Positions 28,288 to 39,800 of a DNA stretch of 64,000 bases are shown piece after piece. Under the pieces are notes generated by a model. It was not told where the DNA came from, did no database searches, and saw only the letters and a list, made by a program, of their open reading frames with translations. Origin of the DNA: Camelus dromedarius (lineage: Eukaryota). The stretch lies in NCBI RefSeq assembly GCF_036321535.1, contig NC_087436.1, positions 45,758,001 through 45,822,000 of the forward strand, written 5' to 3'. The first letter of the stretch is position 1. Each line of letters starts with the position of its first letter. The position numbers were made by a program, and so were the translations under genes.

Positions 28288-31200
28288 ATACATATATATA
28301 TATACATATACACATAATGGAACACTACTCAGCCATAAAAAAGAATAAAATAATGCCATTTGCAGCAACATGGATGGACCTGGAGATTGTTATTCTAAGT
28401 GAAGTAAGCCAGAAAGAGAAAGAAAAATACCATATAATATTGCTTATATGTAGAATCTAAAAAAAAAAAAGGACACAAATGAACTTACCTACAAAACAGA
28501 AACAGACTCACAGACATAGAGAACAAACTTATGGTTACCAGGAGGTAAAGCGGGTGGGAAGAGATAAATTGGGAATTCAAAACTTGCACCTCTTGGGGAG
28601 TGATGGAAATGTTAGCTATCTTGATTGTGGTGGTGGTTTCATTGGGGTATACATCTATCAAAATTCATCAAATTATGCATCTGAAATATGTGTAGTTAAT
28701 GTATAGGAACCATACCACAATAAAGGTGTTAAAAATTAATAAAAAGTAAAATATGAAAAAACAAACAAACAAAATAAAACAAAAACAAACTCATAGATAC
28801 AGAGATCTGATTAGTGGTTACCAGTTGCTAAGGAAACTGTTGAGGGGTTGGTGAAATGGATGAAGGGGATCATCTGTATGGTGATGGACGGTAACTAGAC
28901 TTGTGGTGGTGATTACTTTGTGGTGTATACAGATGTCAAATTATAATGCTGTACATCTGAAACATATAATTTTTTTAAAAGAATCTAAACCCTAAAACAT
29001 AAAGCTATTTATCTCCATGAACAATGAAATTTCATAACACTTATCCATTTAATACCTAAGTTCTCATTCAGATTTAACTCACAACTGAAAAATATCACTA
29101 TTCTAGAAATTATTTCCTCATAGTAACATTAGGAACTAATCATTAGAGAGCTATTAATACCAATTTAGTAATATGATTTTATTTTCTACTATATATCGCC
29201 ATAGGGTAATTTTATTAGAACCAAGAATTGCTTCCAAAGAAACTTTAAAAAAATACACAGAGAAATAAAATCTCAATGTTAGTTAAGACAATTTCCACCC
29301 GTTAGCTTTGCTCATAAGGATCAAATTAGTGACTAGAATGAAGTAAATAAATACTACAGTATGGGTTTGCATGGTTCCTATCAGAGTGTTTACTTGAAGG
29401 ACCCTACAACTACTGTTAAATTCAACTAATTTTTTCCATAACCCATCCCACAATACTTCTTTTATTTTTTAATTAAAAACATTCGAAGGACTAGATAAGT
29501 AGTGGGCAAAAGATGAAATAACTATATGAGAGATATTTTTGTCACTTTTTCTCTATTTGGCTAATACTCATATTTTAAGTCTCATAAGCATCATAATGCA
29601 TATACATTTCAAAGAAAGTAATACTAAAGCCATTTAGTGTTGTCACAGTACTTTTTTCCCAGTTTAAAAGTTTTTGTTGAAGTATAGCTGATGTGTGATA
29701 TTGTATGTTACAGGTATACAATACAGTGATTCATAAGTTTTAAAGGTATACTCCATTTATGGCTATTATAAAATATACAATACTTTCTTCTTTATAAAAA
29801 AAAACTCAAATTTATCTTTTGTTTTATTTACAATTTACTTCACTTCAGCAGATGCTTGGCAGGCAGTATTGGTCAGGAGGAATTTCTGGCACAATTTCTT
29901 AACATCTAGTTGCTTCTCATTCCAAAAGTCTTATAAGTCTTTCACTGGCCAGACACTCAGAATTTCTTTCATCCTTTTGAGAACTACAACTTCTGTAGTC
30001 ATATGGACATAATTTGTGAAATGAGAACACAGCCTTATTGAGTGAACAAAATTTTAGCAAATCAAACTGGTCAAAGCCTCAGGCTTGTGTCTCATACAAA
30101 AGTGGAAGAGGCCTCACTGCCCTCAGATACCACTGAGAAGGGTCTCAGGTCACTGATTTCAATCAGGCAACCACATTTACTGGGCATTCATCATGTGCAG
30201 AGTACCCTGAAAGCACTGTGAGAAGATACAAGAAAAGAGAGGGGCTCCCTGGAAGGAGCTGACATGTTAAAGACCCAAGAAAATATCCATAGACCCTAAA
30301 CAAAGCCAGGATCTAAATATACAAAGCTGCACTGAGAGACCAAGTCCATTAGGACACTCATCTGGGGCCAGTAAAATAACTGGTGTCTCCACTATTTCTT
30401 TTTAGATTAAGAAAATTTGGAAGCTATTCTTCCTAATTAAACCACTGCTACCTCATAAAGATGCTGATGCCTTACTCCCACACCTGATGAACCTCATCAA
30501 GAGCTGAAAAGAAACCAGGGCAGAAGGTTGGCCATGGCAGAGTAGGAAGCACGTATGTGCTCACAAGAATCAGTACCGGTTGGTAGATTTTGTCACTCTT
30601 CTTCAGGCTCTCTAAGAACAACGTTAGTCACTCAGTTTATGAGGCCAACTCCCTTCCCTGCCCCAACACACACACATACACTGCTGCCCTCACTCCACAC
30701 ATGTGCATGCTCATGCACACGCACACACACACACACCCCCACACAGAGCCATTACACCTTACACAGGGCAGACTGGTAAACTGACCTAGGTCAAATGGTA
30801 GAGTACTATTCCATTGAAAATGCAAGTACAGAGTAAAACTCCAAATTCAATGGACATGAAAATATTGAATAAATGAAGGTACACAGAGCAAATTATCTGG
30901 ACCTGAGAAGCCCAGAGGCTCTGAACTTACCGAGAATAATTCTTCTTGGTGAAAGGTCCAGGCTTCTGGACGATATTGTAACTAAGTGGGACCAGCTTTC
31001 CAGGAAATCTGGTGGAAGTGTGGTTAATCTGTTGCTTGATAAATCCAAGTAGGCGAGGTTCTTCAGGTACCTGACCGCCTCATTTGGCACACTGGTTATT
31101 CTGTTATTGTGCAAATCCAGGGTCCTTAGACGGGGCATGTCCCTCAGAGATGTCCAAGGAAAAGCAGCCAGAGAGTTTCCATCCAAGCGCAACTCATGCA

Positions 31201-32166
31201 GCTGCTTCAGGTTGTAAAAGCTGCTGGCGTCAAGGCTGACCACAGAATTATAAGTCAACCAGAGGTACTGGAGCTCCACCAGGTAGTAGAAGGCCTCGGC
31301 GGGGATTCTACGGACAACGGTCTTCTCTATGCGAAGCTTCACAGTGTCCACAGGGAAGTTCGTAGGTACCTCATTCATATCCAGGTCATTACATAGCACC
31401 GACCTAGTGTCACAGAGCGGAAGGAAACCTGCTTTCTGAAACTCATTTGAAGAAATAATACTTATTTGAAACATGCATCAATTTTTCATCCCCTACTCGT
31501 TTTTTGAAAAAATCTCTTCAGCCTGGCTAACCTGTTCATTAATGATTCGTCATTATCATCATCTTCTAGGTTGAACCATATGAAATGGTCATTTGAGGTG
31601 GTTAAAAAATCGATCAAGTATCAGCAACTTCATGGGATTCAGCCTGATTGATGGAGCTCTTTATGTGTCGGGCCTGTGCATTGAGGATCACATCCATTCC
31701 CAAATTTAATCATCACAATAGCCCAATGAGCTAGATATTGGGTAGTAGTTGTAAAGGCACCATCTCTAGAGTCAGGCTGACCTTGGTTCAAGTCAGCTGC
31801 CTCCTTTGTGGCCATGGAAAGCCACTTCACCAATCACTTAACTCATTTTCCCATATGGTACTATTATTGAAACGGATGGAAATTTTTACATCTTCCTGGC
31901 ACATAATAAGCACTCAATGGGTGTTTGCTACTTTTATCATCAATCTCACTTTTACAAATAAAATAACTGAGGCCCACCAATATTAGGTAACTTCCCAAGG
32001 TCACAGAGCTAGTGGTTACACAACTACCTTTCAAACCCATATCTGTCCAACTCCAAAGTGCACACTCTTAATCTTTTTAGGAAACAGACCATTTTAAAGG
32101 AATCCCTCTTGAAGTTATAAATTGATCCTTTTAAAGATCATACAAGAAGGAAAGAGAAAGAGCAAG

Positions 32167-32228
<62 letters not shown>

Positions 32229-34319
32229 GGCAAATGTTCATACTAGATGTTTAAAGTGAAGCTCTATTTTAACAATGTGACCTGTGTGTTGCTTTCAGCC
32301 TAGAGAATAAACCAGAAACTACAAGTTTATTTATTTTTTACCACTCACTAACTTAAGTAACCTTGAGCAAGTCACATTGTGCTCTTGTTTATTGGCACAT
32401 GTAAAACAGGCATAGAAAAACAAGCCTGCCCCATGTATGGGTGTAAGGTATGAAGGATCAGAGAATTTAGATTCATTTTAACCTGAAAAAGAAAAGATTT
32501 ATCTCTCATTATATATTAATCCTCACTGGATTGCTGAAATTGAACAATAAGAAGTGTTGCAAACCATCTAAATTATAATGCATCACATAGTTAGTTATAG
32601 TACATAACAATAAAATGGCCATTCAGTAAAACACATCACATTAAATCAGTGAATTCTGAAAGCCAGCCTATAATGTAAAGAGGGAAACAGCAGAAGCCAT
32701 GAGGTACTGATATGCTGGTCATGTTGTCTCCTCTCTTTAACTTTAGGAGAAGAGCCTACGGAATCCTGGGATTCTCCAGATACACCTGTTACTCTTCACC
32801 TCTATTCTGAATCACACATTTCAGTGCTGCTTTATACCAGAATGATCCAGTTTCTCCTCACTCAGTCAGCATTCCAGTACACTGGGATGGGAGGAAGCCT
32901 GGACTGGAAGCTAAAAGACCCAGCATCTTTATCAGCCAGTCACTGCAGCAACTCAACACTGTGACCTCAGACAAGTCATTTAGTCTCTATGTGGTTTAGT
33001 TTATTCATTTAGAAAATGACAGTGGTCGAACTAGATTATTTCTGGAGTTCTTCTCAGGCATAATATGCTATGAATTTTATAAAATCCACCAATAGTGGGG
33101 ACACCATGGAGAAGGAAACATTTCTGTGATTGTTTTCCCAAAAGTAGCCTGGCCTGCGTCATTAACTGTTGCCTATCTTCTGCTAAGTAGGTCTTTAATT
33201 TGTTATATTATTCTCACTGTGTTTAGCCACCTAGTGAATATCTCGGAGATACCAAGAGTTAGTAAGGTAAATTTTATACCGTATCAAAACAAACTACTCA
33301 AAAACATGTGTTAATTGTTATTTATTTGTATAAATTTGTAAGACATAAATTGAGCAATTCTTTTAACAAATTAAGAGGCTCACTGTTCACTTTAACCGAG
33401 TGACAAAAAAATCTGATTTTGTTATTAAATATCTTCTCAAAAAAAAAAAAATCGAGGTCTACCATGTTTAGCTAACAAGAGTTTTTTTGCTTTGCATTTA
33501 ACTTCTATTTAAAAGGACTCATGCACATTATGAATAAGTATTTATTCTCACTTCACTTTTTTTTTAAAAAAAAAAAAAGTAGATATTAAAGTAACGCAGA
33601 GGTTAAGTAATTTCTGTAAGGTCCCACAGTGTCTGCAACACAGAGTTGACACGTTTCTTTCAAACTTCTCTTCTTTGTAAACTCCAATATCTTAAAATGA
33701 GAAATTCTGATTAGAAACCTCTCTAATTTCTCTTATGTGTTCTCCTTCCTACTTCCTAAGCTCTATCCAGTTGGCATGAATAATCCTCAAAATGAAATGG
33801 AAAACCCTGGAAGCAAATGATCTGGGCATGTCACACACCTTCTGATCGGCCCTGCCCTCATGTGCTTTCTATAATCAGGCTGAGCTGGCCACACGCATTT
33901 CAGTGGTTTGACCTCCTGCAAGGTTCGTTTTGTGAATATGAGTGCCATGAATATTCTTGTAACACAGAAAGCGTCTGAGAGTCTCAAAGAATTTGAGGGG
34001 CTTTGAAGGAACTAAACTGCTCTAAATGAAAACAGTGGCGGAGTAGGCAACCAGGATTAACACAATTAAATTAAAGCTTATCTACATTAAACCTTCTCTC
34101 CTCTGATTTCTGATCAACAGTTTGCTTTCAAATTAAGGCCATCTGGTTTGAGTCCTTTTCCTCGCAATCATTAGAACACTTAATAGCAAGGAGAGAAGCG
34201 TACCTTGATCCCATGCCGTCATTTCTGCCGTGATTGTCACAGGTGCACTGTGAGGGACACGAACAGCTCACTCTTTCCAAAAAGCTAAGCGCAATGCACA
34301 GACTTGCAAAGAGACGCAT
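15373..34319 (-). CDS. LRIT3: Leucine-rich repeat, Ig-like and transmembrane domains 3; join(complement) 34204-34319, 30931-31403, 18088-18393, 15373-16496; 2019 nt = 672 aa + stop (C-terminus frameshifted, see findings)
   Basis: Signal peptide + LRRNT (CPSQCTC), LRRs, LRRCT (NPWLCDC), Ig (CDATG...DAGDYKC), Ser/Thr-rich stalk, FN3, TM segment, cytoplasmic tail; syntenic with RRH. Confidence 0.97.
17810..17972 (-). mobile_element. tRNA-Ala-derived SINE (vic-1-like), LRIT3 intron 3
   Basis: Reverse-complement head; TSD tcttggcatat(c/t)ttag at 17794 and 17975. Confidence 0.9.
18088..18393 (-). CDS. LRIT3: LRIT3 exon 3 (LRRCT, start of Ig domain)
   Basis: [10 protein letters not shown]...[16 protein letters not shown]...NYT; tttAG / G|GTATCC; 306 nt. 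Confidence 0.97.
18731..19602 (+). mobile_element. 5'-truncated young L1 inserted into a MIR (LRIT3 intron 2)
   Basis: ORF 18837..19241 is an uninterrupted ORF2 C-terminal segment; 3' UTR and poly(A) follow; TSD aaagatgaa(gaa)gctaa; MIR halves flank it (about 18590-18720 and 19605-19700). Confidence 0.92.
19950..20660 (+). mobile_element. LTR16-like LTR fragment followed by MaLR-internal-like fragment
   Basis: ctcaaattccccttcagagagaa...agctagctgacggcctcca, then gaggagccttgttatagagtggtaga...; names from recall. Confidence 0.45.
21132..21415. mobile_element. Old ERV LTR fragment (MER90/MER74-like) inside a MIR
   Basis: tgccatagttttatgggtgttggcagaagacacaagactcct motif; MIR sequence on both sides. 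Confidence 0.4.
22400..23590 (+). mobile_element. Old L1 (L1MB/MC-like) 3' portion
   Basis: Degenerate ORF2 end (ORF 23106..23288 ...NWKQPRCP) plus 3' UTR. Confidence 0.75.
27885..28785 (+). mobile_element. Nested younger L1 3' fragment with internal (TG/TA)n expansion
   Basis: Repeats the ORF2 C-terminus already present at 27400-27850; flanked by aaaaacaaac(a)ctca on both sides. Confidence 0.85.
28216..28315. repeat. (TG)/(TA) compound microsatellite inside L1
   Basis: Direct reading; replaces the short tatata tract seen at this position in the other L1 copies. Confidence 0.9.
29670..29776 (-). mobile_element. Very short L1 3' end
   Basis: ttgttgaagtatagctga...acagtgattca; TSD-like aca(g/a)tacttt at 29645 and 29777. 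Confidence 0.6.
30931..31403 (-). CDS. LRIT3: LRIT3 exon 2 (LRR repeats)
   Basis: [13 protein letters not shown]...LDLHNNRIT...LDLSSNRLT...RRIIL; acactAG / G|GTAAGT; 473 nt. Confidence 0.97.
31720..32070. mobile_element. Two MIR fragments in opposite orientation
   Basis: ttcctggcacataataagcactcaat (sense) then ttttacaaataaaataactgaggccca...ccaaggtcacagagctagt (antisense). Confidence 0.65.
32168..32227. repeat. (GAAA)n microsatellite
   Basis: Perfect run of about 15 units in LRIT3 intron 1. Confidence 0.97.
34204..34319 (-). CDS. LRIT3: LRIT3 exon 1 (signal peptide, LRRNT)
   Basis: [38 protein letters not shown]; donor AG|GTACGC; 116 nt. Confidence 0.95.
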
Positions 34320-34500
34320 GGCTCCTTTCAGAGGTTATTTGGACAAAAGTTAAAAACCAAATCCTAAGCATTCAGAAACTGGTGTGCTAGCAACACAAAC
34401 GGCCATTTAGCAACAGCAGATTACACAGGATTAGCTGAGATCTGTAGTTACTTAACCTTCAAGTGTATCTTGCAGCGGATCAATCCACCTAGCCTTTGAA
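34320..34500 (-). promoter_or_regulatory. LRIT3 proximal promoter with OTX2/CRX-type K50 homeodomain sites
   Basis: GGATTA at 34428-34433 and AGATTA just upstream on the plus strand, within about 120 nt of the ATG; another GGATTA at 34054-34059 in intron 1. Confidence 0.45.
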
Positions 34501-35529
34501 TCTGGTTTCGCGGTGAGTTCAGAAGTAACATATTTTAAGGGAAATGAACATCAAACATGTGTCAGGAAAATTACCATAGTTGCCCATACCTAGATTTTCA
34601 AAGAAATGCCTATTATATCTCTTTCCTATGGATATAATTGCTACGATACCTTGAAGATACACATAATGTTCAAAATAATTCAATGTCTTAGCAGATGTTA
34701 GAAAATGCTGTAGATTATTTGCATGTTATAACATGATAAACTTTACTTTTTGCTTTTTACTGTCATGCATAATATTCAGTTTTATGAAATTTAGCTTTAA
34801 AGATAGAAACATGACAAAATTGATTTAGAGTAATTTATATTGCCACATACTGGCTAGCCCCAACAGCAAACTAAGCAAAGTCTAATACCTAGATGTTTTT
34901 AGGCAAGATGCCTCAATCCACCACTGAATTGGCAGCACTAAGACTCTAGTGAGAGTTCATCCTGCATTTCTCCCAGGTCATCTCTGTGCAGTGCAGGTTC
35001 ATCCCAATATATCTGTTTTTTAATGAAGGCCATTATCTCTGTTCAAGAATGTATTTTATTCCAAGCTAGTTGCCTAAGTTATAGGCAATCAAACCCAAAG
35101 CTCAACTCTCATGTCAGGCTCTATCAGAAAATAAAAATTAAATTAAATATTTTAAAAACTACCTCCATACACATAGCATAGAGAATCCACAAGAACAGTC
35201 AAGGATTAAGTTTATAAATATATAAGGTATTTAATCTTCTTTGGGGGTAGTTCTATTCATCATCTTTAAACCAAAAACTTTTTTCTAAAGAAAATTAATT
35301 CTATAAAGAGAAGAATATTATGGGAAATACTACTTAAAACAAATAGGATGCATATAGAAACAACAGAATCAAAAGAATTTTCTCAAAATAAAATCCTGTG
35401 GATTTTCAGGTTCTGAATAATTCATTTGATCATCAAATACTTACTGAGCAAATACTCTGTGCAAAGCACTGAACTAAGTCCTAGGGATACAAAGGTACCA
35501 CATGTGTGACTGGGCCTCTGATTAAAAAT

Positions 35530-36280
35530 AATGATAACTAGAAAACTTGAAACAATTGACCAAATACATAGTTCTGTAAGAGCAAGATTGCAGTAGTGTA
35601 ACTTTAGACATGGGAAGAAGCAACAAGCAGGAACCAGTCCCCGGACCATAGCAGACTAGTAAGACAAGCGGACCAGAGGCTTTTGGCTACCGTTAACAGA
35701 GCCTAGTCCAGTAATAGCTCACCAAGGAGCCTATCAACCAAATTGTCACCCAACCTGGGAGTAAGCATTCTTAGCACCCTGGGACAAATTGGTCACGAAA
35801 TGCCTCTCAAACTTTGGTCAAAATTGTAATCAAAAGAGAGGGGATTATAAAATAAAGAAAGTTGCCCATTATCGTATTCTAACAAGAATCAAGTCATTAC
35901 CCACTGCTGTCACTGACGTACAACAAACCCCGAAAAGAATCCAGGGTGAAGATCAGAATGAGACACTTCGTGTTCTGGGAAAACAGGCAGAACTGGCCCT
36001 CAGACAGGTATTTTCAGGAGAAAATTTTATGAACCCAGTTTCTTGCATGTTTCCATACTTAGAAAAGCACTAAAAGTATTAACTATCAGTTCCTCATGTA
36101 GCCTTCAACCAAGATGTGTGCTGGATTGCACATAAATAGTGGCCTCCCTGCTTTCCTCTCTGGAACAGTCCCCAGAGCTTTCTGAAAGACTGTCTCCTGG
36201 GTTGTAATCTTCAGGTTGGCTTGAACAAAATTTTCCGTCTATTTCTTACATTGACTATTGATTAATTGCTCATTAATAAA
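35530..36280 (+). mobile_element. Solo ERV LTR between RRH and LRIT3 (boundaries approximate)
   Basis: About 700-bp GC-richer block interrupting L2-like sequence; TATA-like cacataaata near 36130; degenerate polyA/U5 end ...cttcaggttggcttgaacaaaattttcc...gattaatt. No clean TSD found. Confidence 0.6.
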
Positions 36281-36476
36281 ACAAAAAAAAGGGAAAAAAA
36301 GAACAAACATATAAAAACTCCCACTCTGATTAAACTTAATTCTAGTGCCAAATATATGGAAATACATATACATAAAAATGGTAATTAAAATGCAGAGTAC
36401 ATAATCGTATGCAGATTATATTGCTATATAAAATATGTATGTGCATTGACTGACATGTGATTTAAAAGCAATAGTG

Positions 36477-36482
36477 TTTAAT
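36477..36482 (-). terminator. RRH: Candidate RRH polyadenylation signal ATTAAA
   Basis: Plus-strand tttaat about 220 nt after the stop codon. Confidence 0.4.
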
Positions 36483-36701
36483 ATTCATTCAATTATTTTT
36501 GTTAAATAGTATGTTAATAATTGCCAATGCACAAACAGAATAACTATAAACTACATCTGAGGAAGTTTTAGTCTATTAGGACAATACTCTATGTCTGCAT
36601 TTGATCAAAATTGGCTCATATTTAAAATGAAATTAAACCATTGCAAAAAAAAAAAAAAAAAGGAAAGAAAATGTTTTGATAATGTGTGCTTTCCTCTTAT
36701 T

Positions 36702-36816
36702 TCAGAGTCTTCCAGGAGTCAACGGGTTTTGAGGTACATCCATTGGTAAAATACTTGTCATGGGCATTGCTTGGTGAGTCTGACATTTGAACATGGCAAG
36801 CATCGCCCTCCGAAAC
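36702..36816 (-). CDS. RRH: RRH exon 7 (helix 8 and C-terminus)
   Basis: FRRAMLAMFKCQTHQAMPMTSILPMDVPQNPLTPGRL*; TGA at 36702-36704. Confidence 0.95.
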
Positions 36817-39800
36817 CTACAATAAAAAAGGGAATATCTGGCATTATCTCATATTGACTTGGAACTTTTGAAGTAGTTACAAATATGGCTAAGGTGCCAC
36901 TACTGCCAATTGGCATCTCCAAATAAATTTCTGCCTCCAACTTGAACATCTCCTATTGAGACCTTTTATAAACGTGTAAAGTATATGGTACAGTTAAAGA
37001 CCAATTTTGCACCACTGATTATAAACATTGAAGACATTTTTAAAAATATTTTATTTATTTTTTGAAATCTTTTGGTGGGAGGAAGTAATTAGGTTTAGTT
37101 ACCTATTTATCTTAATGGAGGGACTAAGGATTGAACCTAGGACCTCGTGCATGCTAAGCATGTGCTCTACCACTGAACTATATCCTCCCCCTAAACGTTG
37201 AAGACATTCAATAAACATCATTAATTATATCTGTTTAGGATGGTGCTTCTAATGTCAATTGCAAGGAGTTATTTATTTGAATTAAGGATATGTATTTCAA
37301 GCATTTGTTCTGAGCAAAAGCCTAGTTTAAATTAAGGCTTAAGAATAACTGACCTTTCCAAAAGAATTACCAATAGACTCTGAATTTTAAATGTGTTCTT
37401 TATTCTTCTTATGTGGTCTGTTTGGTATTAAAAGTTTTTATGTTTCTGCATGTACCTGTAGCTAAAGCTGCTTTCCCAAACATGTACATAAATACACAAG
37501 TTTAATAGAAGCAGCATGGCATTCCCAGATCAAATTACTTCACCTCTACTGAGACTTCAGGTCAAATATTTAAGCGCAGTAGATTGGTTCATTCCATCTT
37601 TAAAAAGCAACAGGAAATGAAGTAGTCTAAGCTTCACTGAGAAGGCAGGAAAGAAATTCTTGCTGAGAGTCTCCACAAAGGTGGAAGGGGAAGAATCTCG
37701 AATATTCTGAATGACTACATACTCCTGAAGCCCTTTATGTTAGCACTGAATTTCTCTCTTGGATTCGAATGATATGTCTTCCTTCTAGTAAATATACAGC
37801 TATGCTATCAACTTAGGGAGTCCCACATTGCCTCGCCTTGTCCATTTTCCAGTAATGGAACCACTCTTCTTTGTAAAACCGACTCCCTCTGTTTCGAATG
37901 GGGTAAACATATGAACCAAGCCGAGCTCACCAACAACCTTCCAGGGTCTTTTCTGCCAGAGAGCCCCCTGAGATGAAAGCATCTGGGGATGCTTAGCTGG
38001 CAGAACTTGGGTCGTAAGTTACCCGTGATCATCTTGCCTCCACGTGGGAAAAGCCTGTCACAGAACTGGAGCCCTAGACATGTAAGATCCTAAATGCTGC
38101 TTTAGTTTCATGAACCAAATAACTTCTACATTAGTTTGAAGTGAGCTTCTGTTATTTACCTCCCTAAAACTTTTAGAACATTATCTGTTGCCTTCTTAAC
38201 ATTCTTTCTGTATATATAATATATATATATATTTTTTTTTTAAATTGAGAAGCATTTTAGACCTGACTTACTTTTTATTAGCAATCACATAAATACAGGG
38301 ATTGTAGAAGGTAGAAGATTTTGCAAACAGTGGAGCTATGATGGCCATGGAGGGAGGAATCTTCTTTGGGTCACCAAAGGAAGCCCATAAGCACACGATG
38401 GAATAAGGGGACCACGCCAGCAGAAACATGAGTATCATTATCACAGACATCTGTAAAAGAAATCAATATTTGCCAAGCCCAATACCTAAAATATCAAAAT
38501 AGCTACTATATCTAAAGCTGCGTGAAAAAGTATCTAGATTGGACCTTACGTGTATGTCATTGAAGACATAAAGGAAATACTGAATTTTTCCCCTCATTGC
38601 ACTTTGCTTATGTGCCCAAAGTCATCTATGATAACAAGGACTTGTGAAATGGGTAGAATGTTACACAAATGTAAAGAATGCCCTCTTTCTTTTGGTGAGC
38701 TAGGGCAGAATGCAAAAGCTAGCTCTGGTGAGAGGCAGATGAACCCACTCCTAGCCCACTTCCAGTAATTGCGGACTACTGGTATTGTGCTTTTTTTCTC
38801 ACTGTCATCTGTTAATCTAAAAAATAACTTTCTAAACTCAATCTGGGAAAAAAAAGTCCTATACTGAGTTCAGTGAATTCTAATACAGGCCATTTGAGCT
38901 CAATATATAATAAATGATATATAATACATACAGTGCAGATAGTTTTGTAAATGAGCTCTCCCTTTGCATTTTGTTTAAATGAAAAATTGTAATTTTACAT
39001 TGTTCCCTTCTGATTGCCCACTAAAATGATAGAAAAGGTATAAAAAGACACAAATCCATAACATCTGAGAATCACAGATTAGACAAAAGCTTTCTAAGAA
39101 TTAAAACCAAATAACCATTGGACAAGTGGCACATTCCTTATCAGACATGAATGATTTAAAAACAAATTTAAAAAAAATTTCCCAGGAATGAGGGAAAATC
39201 AGAGACAAGCTAATCTATTCCTCAGAACTACAGAAGTCTCAGGAATTGGAGTCGACAGCTCTGAATGCGGGGCTACATATGGAATCTAAAACATAAAAAT
39301 TCATTGAAATCTGCAAAAAGCAGCAATTAGACTTCTGAATCCCCTCCCTATTCAGCCAAGGAACTGCCCCTTCTCCCCTGAAGAACCCCAGAGGGTCAGT
39401 AAGAGAGGGCAAAGCAAGGAAACTCAGGCTGGGGGACACTGGACTGGGCTGAGAGCTGGAGTACTGTTCTGAAAAGAGGGGTGCTGCATGCTGCCCCTTC
39501 CTGGCACTGAACCGTGAGAATGTGGGTGGATATACTTGTACCTCCCACCCAGGAAGGTGAATCTTCTTGTAAACTGACCAGCCCAGAAGAAAATACCCAG
39601 ACACAGATCATCAGAAATCCCCCCACTCACAAGACATATCCCAGCAAAAGAGCACATCCAGAACTTACAATCAGCTTTTTAGTGCATCAGTCTTAAATAT
39701 GCAGGGACAGTCATTAATGACCAGATATTGAGGAAACATACAAACTGACATGTAGAGACCAAAAGGTTCAGGAACTCAGGGGAAACAAAAAATTTGTGAT

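Larger units (their letters stand above)
25739..28972 (+). mobile_element. About 3.2-kb 5'-truncated L1 (RT region to 3' UTR) containing a nested younger L1
   Basis: RT motifs (aatagatgcagaaaaggcatttgacaaaattcaac; ctgtttgcaggggacatgatactata); 21-bp TSD ttttaaaagaatct(g/a)aaccct at 25718-25738 and 28973-28993. Confidence 0.93.

Noticed and set aside
27857..28371. His/Thr-rich ORFs of 60-152 aa
   Set aside because: Translation of a TG/TA microsatellite plus antisense L1.
37500..38050. CpG-containing unique stretch in RRH intron 6 with two short ORFs
   Set aside because: No recognisable protein, no poly(A)/TSD signature of a retrocopy, and no usable splice context.
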